Source: a virus
IMG/VR virus record: IMGVR_UViG_3300034375_013346
Coordinates: 50,612 to 114,611 of that record
Direction: 5' to 3' (one strand)
DNA length: 64,000 bases
This document shows, one piece after another, positions 17,690 through 27,063 of this stretch; within the stretch, counting starts at the first letter, position 1, and every line of letters starts with the position of its first letter. The position numbers and the translations under genes were made by a program. Under the pieces are notes generated by a model, which did not search any database, was not told where the DNA came from, and was given only the letters and a program-made list of their open reading frames with translations.

Positions 17690-19603
17690 TCATACATCCT
17701 TTATCAGATCGTTATAAAGGTTGGAAATCTCTCTCGGGACTAGCTTTTTAAATTTAGAAAAATCCCTATCTGCTAGGGTTTGTCTAACCTTAGTCCCTGA
17801 TGTTCCTCTAGGAGTCTCCTCTAAAGAAAAGCCCGGACCTAGTTTGTCCTTTATATCGGATACCTTTATGTAATCGAGCTGCTTTGAATAATCGTCAATT
17901 CTATCCTCCCCAGCACCAATCAATTGAGGATCATATCCCATAGAGATAAGTTTTGCAATTCCAGATCCCAAAAGTCCTCTGGTAATCATCTCATATCCAG
18001 CGATCTCCTCGTTATTCTGAACAACGGAATCCATATATCTTTTAACCGTGGCAGGGTCGAATGGAGATTTGCCAGATTTATTATGTCCTGGATGAACCAC
18101 CAAAAGATAAGAAGGGCTACCGTTCTTATCCATCATATATCTAGCCATCTTTAGATGTCCCGAATGGAATGGCTGGAATCTCCCCATAATAACATTGATC
18201 TTTCTCGACACATCCTCATTATCCTCTCTCACCTCAGAAATTCCCACCTCCTTAGGTGAACTAGTATCGATAGTTTCCAAGGCACTTATAAATTCATCAT
18301 AAGAATGGAAGTGGTCCTCGTCACTATCGGATAAATCGTCTTCCTCCTTTAAATAATTAACCGGTGCTATAAACTCCTTTCTAAACTCATTAAAAGAGAA
18401 AAATTGAGACTCGTTAACCTTCTTTTTTGGTTTTTTGATGTGTTCCTTTATCTGATTGATGAGAGAATTGAGTTGATCCTTCATCCCTGGGGTAATGATA
18501 CCTCCTGCTCTGGTCTTAATTTTTCTGAATGAATTGAGCATTAGCTTAAATAGGGCTTCAAAAGAATCATCCTTCTTAACCAGCTTAAGAACCCTGCTAT
18601 CTTTAATCATATCAAGATTCAATCTAAATTCATCTCTTTTAAGATAATCTGGTTCCTCAAAATCAGTACCACTATATTTCTTAGAATACAGATCCAAAAA
18701 CCTCACAAAGACCTCGGACATGAATGAAATATACCTCTCATCGTCAGTTTCACCCTCAACCTCAAATGAATCTATACCCTCCTCGAGAATAAAATTCATC
18801 ACATCCATGATAGTGATTCCCAAAAAATCGCTAGGTTTCTTCGATCTCCTCTCCTGGGCTTTCTGCTTAGCCAGTTCAGTAAAAACCGGATCCACCATCT
18901 TGGCTAGTACAGTGTCATTTTCCTTATCAGGTTCTCCAAATCTAAAAACTATTCCCTCAACATCCTTATCAAGATCATCATTCAGAGCTGTCTTAGTAAG
19001 ACCTGGATTTAGAGTCTTTATTATAAATCGGACAAAACTATTTGTACGGAATTTCTCGACCAACTCCTTGAACGGGGTTTCCATGAATTCCATCAGTTCC
19101 GACTTTTGCTCTTCGTCAAGTCTTCCCTGGAATATAATCGGAGGTTTTTCAACACCCAGGAGATCCGCCCAATTGTTTAATTCGTCCTTATCTTGTACGG
19201 TTTTCTTGATTTTACCCCCGTCACCCATCTGGTGTACGTAGGAAAGTATCAGATTGTTCTTTGGTATACGATCATACACAATTTCCACTGGGGATTTATT
19301 GGCAAAGTATTCAAGACCAAATCTCCATCCTCTTGGTATTCTCTCTAGGATATGGGGAGGGAGGGACTCTATGTATTGTATAGGCTTCTCATAATACTTC
19401 ATGAGGGTCCTATCCACTAAGGTTATTGGATTTCTCTGGTCCCTTCTATAAAACCTGAACTTCCCGCTTTCCCTATCCCTTTCGAAAGAAAATGCAGACC
19501 CGTCCATCTTCTCGTTAATAGTCACAAACTGGTTGAAGAGTTGATTTATAAAATCAGATCCCTTCTTATTGTACATGTCATATAGATGATTAATCCCTGC
19601 CAT
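17690..19603 (-). CDS. Fusion of an ATP-dependent ligase-type (KxDG) nucleotidyltransferase and a C-terminal HxGH cytidyltransferase/NMNAT-like domain
   Basis: INEKMDGS (ligase motif I), FGLEY, VEGIVFR, LAKMVD; C-terminal MGRFQPFHSGH, GAGEDR, SGTKVR. Confidence 0.8.
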   Translation of the reverse strand: MAGINHLYDMYNKKGSDFINQLFNQFVTINEKMDGSAFSFERDRESGKFRFYRRDQRNPITLVDRTLMKYYEKPIQYIESLPPHILERIPRGWRFGLEYFANKSPVEIVYDRIPKNNLILSYVHQMGDGGKIKKTVQDKDELNNWADLLGVEKPPIIFQGRLDEEQKSELMEFMETPFKELVEKFRTNSFVRFIIKTLNPGLTKTALNDDLDKDVEGIVFRFGEPDKENDTVLAKMVDPVFTELAKQKAQERRSKKPSDFLGITIMDVMNFILEEGIDSFEVEGETDDERYISFMSEVFVRFLDLYSKKYSGTDFEEPDYLKRDEFRLNLDMIKDSRVLKLVKKDDSFEALFKLMLNSFRKIKTRAGGIITPGMKDQLNSLINQIKEHIKKPKKKVNESQFFSFNEFRKEFIAPVNYLKEEDDLSDSDEDHFHSYDEFISALETIDTSSPKEVGISEVREDNEDVSRKINVIMGRFQPFHSGHLKMARYMMDKNGSPSYLLVVHPGHNKSGKSPFDPATVKRYMDSVVQNNEEIAGYEMITRGLLGSGIAKLISMGYDPQLIGAGEDRIDDYSKQLDYIKVSDIKDKLGPGFSLEETPRGTSGTKVRQTLADRDFSKFKKLVPREISNLYNDLIKDV

Positions 19604-19608
19604 TCTTA

Positions 19609-20061
19609 TTAATTATAGTTTATATCCGGGCTATCAGAGCTAGATTTAACAAAGTGAGGACCAAACTGCAAATCCATCTCGGATTTGGCCTTCCCAATTA
19701 CTATTAGATAACCTATACCTTGTATGAGAGTTTCCAAAAGAATTTTCGATTTATTTCTGAGGTCTTTCTTATACAAATCTGATAGCTCTAGGAGAAGCTT
19801 GTCCAAATCCGGATCGGTGTCTTCCCTTTCACTCGCTATGAGATCAAATATCTCCCTCTCCATGGTATAAACAATCTCATCCTCTAATAAAATATCCCAT
19901 TCGCCATCGCTGTTCTCCGACAAAACTCCATGGTTACCCAATATGGTAGAGAATTCTATCGTATCCCCGTCTCTTCCCACTAGTAAAGGTGAATCTTTTT
20001 CCAGGAACACCTCAAGAGCTCCGTACATCAAATCGTTATGTTTGCTAGTAAAATTCATCAT
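19609..20061 (-). CDS. Hypothetical acidic protein
   Basis: 150-aa ORF coupled (ATGA overlap) to the upstream gene. Confidence 0.55.
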   Translation of the reverse strand: MMNFTSKHNDLMYGALEVFLEKDSPLLVGRDGDTIEFSTILGNHGVLSENSDGEWDILLEDEIVYTMEREIFDLIASEREDTDPDLDKLLLELSDLYKKDLRNKSKILLETLIQGIGYLIVIGKAKSEMDLQFGPHFVKSSSDSPDINYN

Positions 20062-20969
20062 CTAACTTCCATCGGGATTTCATAACCACCATTCTTTAGA
20101 TATCGAATGAGGTCCTCCTTTATTGATTCCATCTTGTCAGAGTGTATAAAATCAGGGGAAGAAACTATAGACCATACATCCTCGAATGTTTTTACGTCAT
20201 TCTCGTTAAAACCTTTACCGAGTATCATTTCTATAAACTCCTGTGGATCCCTTGTTATGAACTCTGTGCTCCCGCTCACAGTTTTGGGGTTTTTGAGCCT
20301 CTTGGTCGCTCCTTTAAAACTCTTCTTGTTCTTAAATATCCCATCACTGAGACGGAGTGCGTATGAATAATAATCCTCAATCTCACCATCGGAATCTTCC
20401 GAGATTACCTCCTTCAACGAAGATAATATCGCTTGAAAAAGCCAGTTACGGTGTGCAGACTTATATTTACTCTCATTTTTCCTATAGTCAGGAGAATAGA
20501 AAATAAACTTGGCCCAATCCATATCAGATAGAGGAATAAGATCTAGCTGTACTATGCCCAAATTAGGATCTCCCTCTATAGGCCACCCTATCGAAATAAC
20601 ATTTATACCCTTCATGAGCTTCATATCAGGAACAAAGCCCAATTTGTCCGGAAGCTCATCCAGAAGCTTATTGTAAATAAATTCTAGTACACCGTCCGCG
20701 TTTGTGCTGTACTTTCTAGCTATAAAACTCTTATCTATCCCGAGGTCTATATCACCAGAAGTTTCATCACCACCTTTTTTTTTACCAACACTTCCTATAA
20801 CCAGATAATCCTTACCAATCTCACCATCACCAATAAGGGGGAAAAGTACCTCCTTTATAGATTCAAGAGTACCAGGTACCTCCCTCTCTTTTATTCTCCG
20901 GGAGAACTTTATGGCTGCTCCGCCTTCGAATAGTGCTATGAATTTTTTATAAGAATATATTCTGTCCAT
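20058..20969 (-). CDS. Pol-beta-superfamily nucleotidyltransferase
   Basis: IGSVGKK...SGDIDLGID...VQLDLI (GS, DxD, D triad); leader MDRIYSYKKFIALFE. Confidence 0.75.
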   Translation of the reverse strand: MDRIYSYKKFIALFEGGAAIKFSRRIKEREVPGTLESIKEVLFPLIGDGEIGKDYLVIGSVGKKKGGDETSGDIDLGIDKSFIARKYSTNADGVLEFIYNKLLDELPDKLGFVPDMKLMKGINVISIGWPIEGDPNLGIVQLDLIPLSDMDWAKFIFYSPDYRKNESKYKSAHRNWLFQAILSSLKEVISEDSDGEIEDYYSYALRLSDGIFKNKKSFKGATKRLKNPKTVSGSTEFITRDPQEFIEMILGKGFNENDVKTFEDVWSIVSSPDFIHSDKMESIKEDLIRYLKNGGYEIPMEVR

Positions 20970-21452
20970 TTATACGTCAAAATATTTTTCAGCTCCAGAG
21001 ATATAGTCGGAATATATTCTCTCCTCCCTATTTTTTGGGTTATTAATATCATATTTACCGCCGAAGGTTTTCTTTCCTTTTATTACCGCATCGGTGTAAA
21101 ATTCTTCGTAATCTTTTTGCTTGTTTCTACCAGAAGTCCTAATTCCATCACCCCATTTAGAGAGTATCTCGTCTCTATTTTTTTCCAGCGATCCGTCATC
21201 CATTTTGGAGATATCCTCCTTTTTGAAAACATCAGCAATACCCCTGCTAACTCCAGTGATAGCATTTATAGTCCTGGAAAGTAACCTCCCTGCTGCTCCG
21301 CCCTCGTCGTAAACAGTTTGGTATACCTTTTCCTCCGGGGTTTGGGCCTCAATCCTCTTTCTGATTGCTCTGATTCTATCTTCAGCGGAGAGAGGTGAAT
21401 ATGAGTAATCATCCTCGTTCAGGAATGAATAAAAGCTCTTCAAGTTATTCAT
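20970..21452 (-). CDS. Hypothetical protein with capsid-targeting-like leader
   Basis: Probable start MNNLKSFYSFLNE at 21452, downstream of GATATATA at 21474-21481. Confidence 0.6.
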   Translation of the reverse strand: MNNLKSFYSFLNEDDYSYSPLSAEDRIRAIRKRIEAQTPEEKVYQTVYDEGGAAGRLLSRTINAITGVSRGIADVFKKEDISKMDDGSLEKNRDEILSKWGDGIRTSGRNKQKDYEEFYTDAVIKGKKTFGGKYDINNPKNREERIYSDYISGAEKYFDV

Positions 21453-21473
21453 GATAGCGCATTTTTTGTACAC

Positions 21474-21481
21474 TATATATC
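21474..21481 (-). promoter_or_regulatory. GATATATA putative late promoter
   Basis: Octamer between uvsW and the next gene. Confidence 0.6.
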
Positions 21482-21492
21482 CCACGATAAGG

Positions 21493-23016
21493 TTAAAGCT
21501 TTACCTTGAATATCTTATACCTGAAATTCTCGTTCTTGTAGATCTGGATTCGAGCCTCCCCGTGCTTCATGAGGTAGTTATTGTATTTAGCTGTGCTGAA
21601 ATCATCCACGAAATCAATCACATTAACCTTTTCCTTCCCTTCCATTTTTCTCATCCCCCTGCCCAAGCTTTGCTTTATCAGTACCTCGCTTTTATAGGAT
21701 TCAACCAGGAATATATTGTGAAGATTATTAATGGAAATACCAGTAGAAAAGGTTCCATACGTAGCAACTAGAACCTTATTCTCTCCAGAGGACATCCGGT
21801 TTTTGTACTCCTCCCTCAGGGATTCGTCGGTATCTCCATCCACATAAAATACCTCCTTATTGTTAGTAATATCTCTAAGTCTATTCCATATCTGCTTCCC
21901 ATATTCATCCTTAACTGACTGGAATAAGACCAGGGAATTTTTTGAAGTCCTCCCTATAAAGTCCACGATATACTTTAACCTCTTCTCGCTCTCTATTACG
22001 AGTTTTCTCTCGATATTATAAAGTTCGTTACCCTCCAGGTTCTGTGAATTAGACTTTAAATTGGCCAATTTTTCTTTGATCGATTTATCAAGCCAATCCA
22101 GCATAACGACCTTTATCTCCACCGGGGTAGCATGCTTGTTTTTAAACAGAAAATCCGGAGAAATCTCCACTATTACAGGTCCTAAAAATTGCTGTATAGT
22201 AAGATGATCAGCAGATCCACGTTTAGTAAGGGTACCAGTAAGTCCAAATCTCCATCCACAGTGCATACATTTTGACACTATCTTTTTAATCGACATGGAA
22301 TTGGTGTGATGAGCCTCATCTACAAAGACACCATCAATCTCCTCAAAGAATTCCTTATCCTTCTTTACCAGGGACTGGAAGGTTCCTATTATGAGATCAC
22401 ACCCTTCTCTCATCTTGCTTCCTCCACCGATCTGCTGTATTTTTACTCCCAGGTCATCAATTCCATAATCTATGAAGTCGTCATTTCCTTGGAAAACCAG
22501 GTTGGTATTTGGTACTATTACCATAAACTTCCTGATCAGTCCCATCTGCTTCAAATAAGCGAATATCATGAACGATATAAGGGTCTTACCCGAGGATGTA
22601 GCAATTTCGGAAACTGAATATCTATATTTTACTATTTTCCAAGCAGCTTCCACCTGGTAGTCCCTGGGTTCGATCTCCTTATCCTTAAAAAAATCATCCA
22701 CCCACGACTGGAAATCCTCTAGACTTAAATCGCTCAACAAGAGATCAGATAATCCTTCTATCTCCATCTCTATATTAAACTCCTTACCAATCTCAAGAAC
22801 CTCTCTCCAAAGTCCTATCGGGATTTTCCAAAAAGCACCTTTTTTCTCAACGAAGCATATACTCCCATCCCATATTTTTTTCTTAACCAGAGGGTGAAAG
22901 TACCAGTTGTGTATTTTTTTGGTTAACGAAAGCTCTATCTGTCTTTTTTCCACCTCGTCTGGTGAATGAACTAAAATAAGCCATTGTCTGTCTTCAGAGA
23001 CGTTGAATTTTAGCAT
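21493..23016 (-). CDS. uvsW: UvsW-like SF2 DNA helicase
   Basis: PRDYQ, ATSSGKT, VDEAH, FGLTGT, TYGTFSTGISINNLH, QSLGRGMR. Confidence 0.93.
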   Translation of the reverse strand: MLKFNVSEDRQWLILVHSPDEVEKRQIELSLTKKIHNWYFHPLVKKKIWDGSICFVEKKGAFWKIPIGLWREVLEIGKEFNIEMEIEGLSDLLLSDLSLEDFQSWVDDFFKDKEIEPRDYQVEAAWKIVKYRYSVSEIATSSGKTLISFMIFAYLKQMGLIRKFMVIVPNTNLVFQGNDDFIDYGIDDLGVKIQQIGGGSKMREGCDLIIGTFQSLVKKDKEFFEEIDGVFVDEAHHTNSMSIKKIVSKCMHCGWRFGLTGTLTKRGSADHLTIQQFLGPVIVEISPDFLFKNKHATPVEIKVVMLDWLDKSIKEKLANLKSNSQNLEGNELYNIERKLVIESEKRLKYIVDFIGRTSKNSLVLFQSVKDEYGKQIWNRLRDITNNKEVFYVDGDTDESLREEYKNRMSSGENKVLVATYGTFSTGISINNLHNIFLVESYKSEVLIKQSLGRGMRKMEGKEKVNVIDFVDDFSTAKYNNYLMKHGEARIQIYKNENFRYKIFKVKL

Positions 23017-23025
23017 GCATTTATT

Positions 23026-23478
23026 TTATTTTATAGTGCTACCCCTGAGGTAATCTTCCAGAGCTATCCTGGATTTTATCCCATATAGCATATGGTCCAC
23101 AGTTTGGATAGTCTGGTCTATAAACTTCCTATGTCCTTCCACCATTTCAATTTTACCAACGATCTCAGCCACGTCTCCCTCTATCAGGACTTTGGTCTCA
23201 TTGGATCCATACCTAACATCGCTGTTTTGGTTGTAGTCCTTAAGCTTAGCTGCTCTTGTTTGTCTTTCTCTCGAGCTCAACTTACTAACTATTTGAGCTA
23301 GCTTGAAGCTGTATTCTAATAGAATTTGCCGTGTGGAAAACAGCTCGACCTGAGCCTCCGCTACAGTCTTAATGTTTTTAAGATTCAGCGATATAATCTG
23401 AATCTTTTCCCTCCATTCGAACCTTTCCTTCTCGAATAGCTTAGCATAATCAACCTTATCCGTCTGTTGTTCCGACAT
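23026..23478 (-). CDS. UvsY-like recombination mediator
   Basis: Coiled-coil 150 aa with ETKVLIEGD and Y.IK.RI; sits next to uvsW as in T4. Confidence 0.6.
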   Translation of the reverse strand: MSEQQTDKVDYAKLFEKERFEWREKIQIISLNLKNIKTVAEAQVELFSTRQILLEYSFKLAQIVSKLSSRERQTRAAKLKDYNQNSDVRYGSNETKVLIEGDVAEIVGKIEMVEGHRKFIDQTIQTVDHMLYGIKSRIALEDYLRGSTIK

Positions 23479-23479
23479 C

Positions 23480-23722
23480 CTAAAAAAGTTTATTTCCTTT
23501 GTTCCTATTTATATGGGATTTACCAAGTTTAATTTCTCTAACCTTCGAATTTACCATCCTTGGTTTAGAAATACTTAGAGATCCTTTAACCTCACCGATA
23601 TCCGATATGGACTCCCTATCTAGTATAGAGATCGGAAATTTTAAGCTACCAGTCTTGCTTCCGTCAAGCGATTCCTCCCATTCTTCAGTTCTGTCTATTG
23701 TTGGCATTTCAAAATTAAGCAT
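23480..23722 (-). CDS. Hypothetical protein
   Basis: 80-aa ORF overlapping the primase stop. Confidence 0.5.
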   Translation of the reverse strand: MLNFEMPTIDRTEEWEESLDGSKTGSLKFPISILDRESISDIGEVKGSLSISKPRMVNSKVREIKLGKSHINRNKGNKLF

Positions 23723-24776
23723 CGATAAAATCTATTAGGTCGAGAACCTCGCCAGTGAAATAATTATCGAATCTTCTTATTTTTATTTTCTTGGCCCTTA
23801 GATAATTTACTATATCGTTCAGGTCCCATTTCTTATTTATCGGAAGATCGTGATCAGTCAGAAATTTCTTCCAATTAAAAACACTAAATCCCTTGGAAAG
23901 GAGCTCAGAATTTTTAGCTCTTCCCGCACGATCCCAGTCATACCAATACCTTATATTCTCCATCTCGAAGGGAAATTTATTCTCGACTGAACACAAAGCA
24001 ACCGAATTTTTCCACAACCAGGAATCCATCGGTCCCTCGAATATCGTTATTGTGTGATCAAAAGAAACAGTCCCCACATTAAAAACGCTGGATACAGGAT
24101 CTATCTTCCTGGCTTCTTCAAGAAATTCATTGTCGGTAACACCCAACATTTTTTCCCATATCCCGCTGAGTTTATATGTATAGTATTTTGAACCATAGTT
24201 TGAAGACATATTCCTAAACTGAAGACCCAGTATCTCATTATTCCTTGTCAGGTTAAAAAGATATAGCTTCTGGTCCTCTTCGCTCCATGCAAACTTTTGA
24301 TCTGGTATTTGGTTTCTTCTTCTAAGATATCTCTCCATCTTGCTACCAGCAACCTCCAACAATCCCATCTTCTCCATGAAAATGGCTCTAGGAATAACCA
24401 CCTTGCTAAAATCAGTGTCAAAGAAAAGGGAGATATCCACATCCCCGTATATCTTTCTTCTCTTTTCCTTCCCATTTTGTATGATATCAAGTATATCAGC
24501 TTTCTCTTTTTTTTCAAGTCTCGATACCTCACCAAAATCCCTAAATAATGAGAATGCGTCCTTAAAGATCCCGCATCCTCCGTTGTAACACTTATAGGTT
24601 AATGTATCCAAATAGAAGTTACCCCTTTTCTTTCGGTAATTATTACTATCCCCACAATAAGGACAGGAAAAATTGAGCCTATTTCCAGCCTTGTATATTT
24701 TCCTGCGGTTGGGATCGTTAGGAAATCCCTTAATTAATACCCCGCCAATAAGCTCTTCAATTCTCCCTAAATCCAT
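23715..24776 (-). CDS. DNA primase (T4 gp61-like)
   Basis: Zn finger CPYCGDS...CYNGGC; TOPRIM FEGPMDS, YDWD..G, WDLND. Confidence 0.92.
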   Translation of the reverse strand: MDLGRIEELIGGVLIKGFPNDPNRRKIYKAGNRLNFSCPYCGDSNNYRKKRGNFYLDTLTYKCYNGGCGIFKDAFSLFRDFGEVSRLEKKEKADILDIIQNGKEKRRKIYGDVDISLFFDTDFSKVVIPRAIFMEKMGLLEVAGSKMERYLRRRNQIPDQKFAWSEEDQKLYLFNLTRNNEILGLQFRNMSSNYGSKYYTYKLSGIWEKMLGVTDNEFLEEARKIDPVSSVFNVGTVSFDHTITIFEGPMDSWLWKNSVALCSVENKFPFEMENIRYWYDWDRAGRAKNSELLSKGFSVFNWKKFLTDHDLPINKKWDLNDIVNYLRAKKIKIRRFDNYFTGEVLDLIDFIDA

Positions 24777-24793
24777 TTAAAAAAATCTCTTTG

Positions 24794-24832
24794 AAAAAAA
24801 GAGGAACAGCTCCTTTGTGGCTGTTCCTCTTT
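24794..24832 (-). terminator. Rho-independent terminator after ssb
   Basis: AAAAAAAGAGGAACAGC-loop-GCTGTTCCTCTTT. Confidence 0.8.
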
Positions 24833-24845
24833 AAGTGTTATAACC

Positions 24846-25793
24846 TTATAGGTCAGAGTAAAGATCGTCCAGAGAGGAAGCAGTTTCGGGGCTTGAAGGC
24901 TGCTTCAAAGGCTCTTCTTTGACTGATCCTACCTTAGTGGAAGATACCTCATTGTAGATATCATCCGATGTTTTGGTAGTCGGGGTCGATGAAGAGGTCG
25001 TAACGTTAGCTCCAGACATCACTTCATTAACCATTCTACCGTCGGGGACGGTATTCTTGATAATGTTCATCACCCTCTCGGTAGTATTATCGTCCCAATC
25101 TTTGTATTCAAAATTAGCAAGATTATCCGGACCTGTCTTCAGATATTCCAGAATGGTATTCATATCCTCCTTATTCTTATCCATCTTCTTGCCATCAATT
25201 TCTATCGGAGCATTGTTTCCTACAAACTGACATAGATCATAGTTATTCCATTCCCCCACCTTTCTAGAATGAATTGAGAATAGCTTACCTTCAAAGAGAT
25301 CGTACGGGTTACATGGATCTCCATACTCGGGCTTAAGCTGAGACTCAAGCATATCATTGATCTTCCTTCCAAATTTGAAAGTCATGATCTTTCCCTCTAG
25401 TTCCGGATTATTCTTATCCTGAACAATCTGAATCAGCGAATAGTAGTCTTCCTTTCTTGAGAAATTCCTTGCCAGATCCTGATCGGCAGCGGAATTGGAA
25501 TTCTTAAGCTTCCAAAAAATGTCCTTAAGCACTGATTTTTTACCTACGGTAGAAGGGCAATCTACTGGAAACCCTTCTCCAGTTGCAGGATCGTTTAAAT
25601 ACACGTAGTACTTTTGAATTTTGGATTTAGACGGATCTACGTGGTTTGGCAAAAATCTAATCAAAGATTTATAAACCCCGTCTTTTCCATTTTCCGGGTA
25701 TGGCTTGTAAAACTCTAAATCCCTCGAATCCTCTTTCTTGGTCTTCGTTACGAAGTTTTCAACGTCTAAGTTGAAGATGTCTAAATTACTCAT
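24846..25793 (-). CDS. Single-stranded DNA-binding protein (T4 gp32-like)
   Basis: LIRFLP, CPSTVGK, NPELEGK..FKFG.KI, NPYDLFEG, NYD; acidic tail LDDLYSDL. Confidence 0.92.
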   Translation of the reverse strand: MSNLDIFNLDVENFVTKTKKEDSRDLEFYKPYPENGKDGVYKSLIRFLPNHVDPSKSKIQKYYVYLNDPATGEGFPVDCPSTVGKKSVLKDIFWKLKNSNSAADQDLARNFSRKEDYYSLIQIVQDKNNPELEGKIMTFKFGRKINDMLESQLKPEYGDPCNPYDLFEGKLFSIHSRKVGEWNNYDLCQFVGNNAPIEIDGKKMDKNKEDMNTILEYLKTGPDNLANFEYKDWDDNTTERVMNIIKNTVPDGRMVNEVMSGANVTTSSSTPTTKTSDDIYNEVSSTKVGSVKEEPLKQPSSPETASSLDDLYSDL

Positions 25794-25834
25794 TGTTCCT
25801 TTAATTTTGTTTTTTAAAATCCTTTATTTAATCT

Positions 25835-26620
25835 CTAAGTGTCCCAAAAGTTTCCCCTAGATTGTATATATCCCGAACTTTTTTTCATATTGTTACTCCT
25901 ATTTACCTCCTTGTGAGATAGCATATTCCCTCGGAGAGAAACTTGTAGATCACTCCTTATTATTTTATATCCGGATATAAGCAAATGGTTTCTTAATAGG
26001 GTTTCAGGGTGGAAAAAAACAGAATCTCTAGAAAGATAGTTTTCTATGCTTCTATACAATCCACAGTAGTGAGACATAGGATTTCTACCCCCATATGCTA
26101 TTACATCGTTAATTCCACCCCTCCAATCAAACCCATGCGGAATATTTATTACTGACTTGTCAGGGTCGAAAAAAAGATCGTTATGGATCTTTATATCGAA
26201 TCTACCTTTTATAACATAGTCATATTTCTTTCCCACGGAGCTCTCGTATTTTTCCATGAGGGAATATGAGGAGTCTATTTTATACCACATACAGAATACC
26301 GACTGCGGGTTCATTTCACCATTCATCGGAGAATACTCATCATATAAGTTTGATCTTTCGAGGATTCTTGTTATGGAATCAGAATCAAAATCCTCGGATA
26401 GCATCAGTTTGGGCTTATACATGGAGATAATATCACCAACCGAGAGACTATCACTAAGATTAGACGTATCTGCTTGTACTGTAGAATTTATATGATCCGA
26501 AGGATTCCAGCACGAGATAAAAACATCGGGTGAATACACATCGAGTATTCTGCTCTTTATATATGGATAACATTCAAGGCCCTCTCTAAATTGACCAGAA
26601 AGAAGTAAAGCAACCCTCAT
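25835..26620 (-). CDS. Putative glycosyltransferase-like protein
   Basis: MRVALLLSGQFR, DVFISCW, YDYVIKGRFD, INDVIAYG, HPETLL: a pattern seen in uncharacterised GT-A-like proteins of polysaccharide loci and viruses. Confidence 0.6.
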   Translation of the reverse strand: MRVALLLSGQFREGLECYPYIKSRILDVYSPDVFISCWNPSDHINSTVQADTSNLSDSLSVGDIISMYKPKLMLSEDFDSDSITRILERSNLYDEYSPMNGEMNPQSVFCMWYKIDSSYSLMEKYESSVGKKYDYVIKGRFDIKIHNDLFFDPDKSVINIPHGFDWRGGINDVIAYGGRNPMSHYCGLYRSIENYLSRDSVFFHPETLLRNHLLISGYKIIRSDLQVSLRGNMLSHKEVNRSNNMKKSSGYIQSRGNFWDT

Positions 26621-27063
26621 TGATACCTTTCTATATAGTCACTACAGACACCCATACACAGGGAGATATCCTCCCCGTGGATCTCGGGCATAACAGCTAT
26701 GCTTCCTTCTATAGGTTGGTTACCAACAAGAGCCCATCTATATCCTTTGCTAGTAAAGACAACATCATCAGAATCATGCATAAAATAGTTCAGCACGTTC
26801 CCCTTAGGATCCATAACGGAAAGTTCCCTGAAGGAAGGGATATTCTTGCAGTGTATCCAAAGCTTTTCGGAGTGTTCAACCAAGAAGGAGTACTGTGTGT
26901 CATACTGCGGTCTATCATGGCCAAGTTTAAAAAGCCCATCAACAAACCATAAATCTATCTCAACGTCATATTTTTCCATTGCTTTCAAAATATAATCAGT
27001 CGAGTTTTCCCTCTCAGGAGATGACCCGTTTACATTACCCCGGTGAGATATAAGTATCATCAA
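26617..27063 (-). CDS. PI-PLC/GDPD-like phosphodiesterase (short TIM-barrel type)
   Basis: ISHRGN, EN, DVEIDLW, LGHD.P, WIHCKN, GVCSDY. Confidence 0.75.
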   Translation of the reverse strand: MMILISHRGNVNGSSPERENSTDYILKAMEKYDVEIDLWFVDGLFKLGHDRPQYDTQYSFLVEHSEKLWIHCKNIPSFRELSVMDPKGNVLNYFMHDSDDVVFTSKGYRWALVGNQPIEGSIAVMPEIHGEDISLCMGVCSDYIERYQ

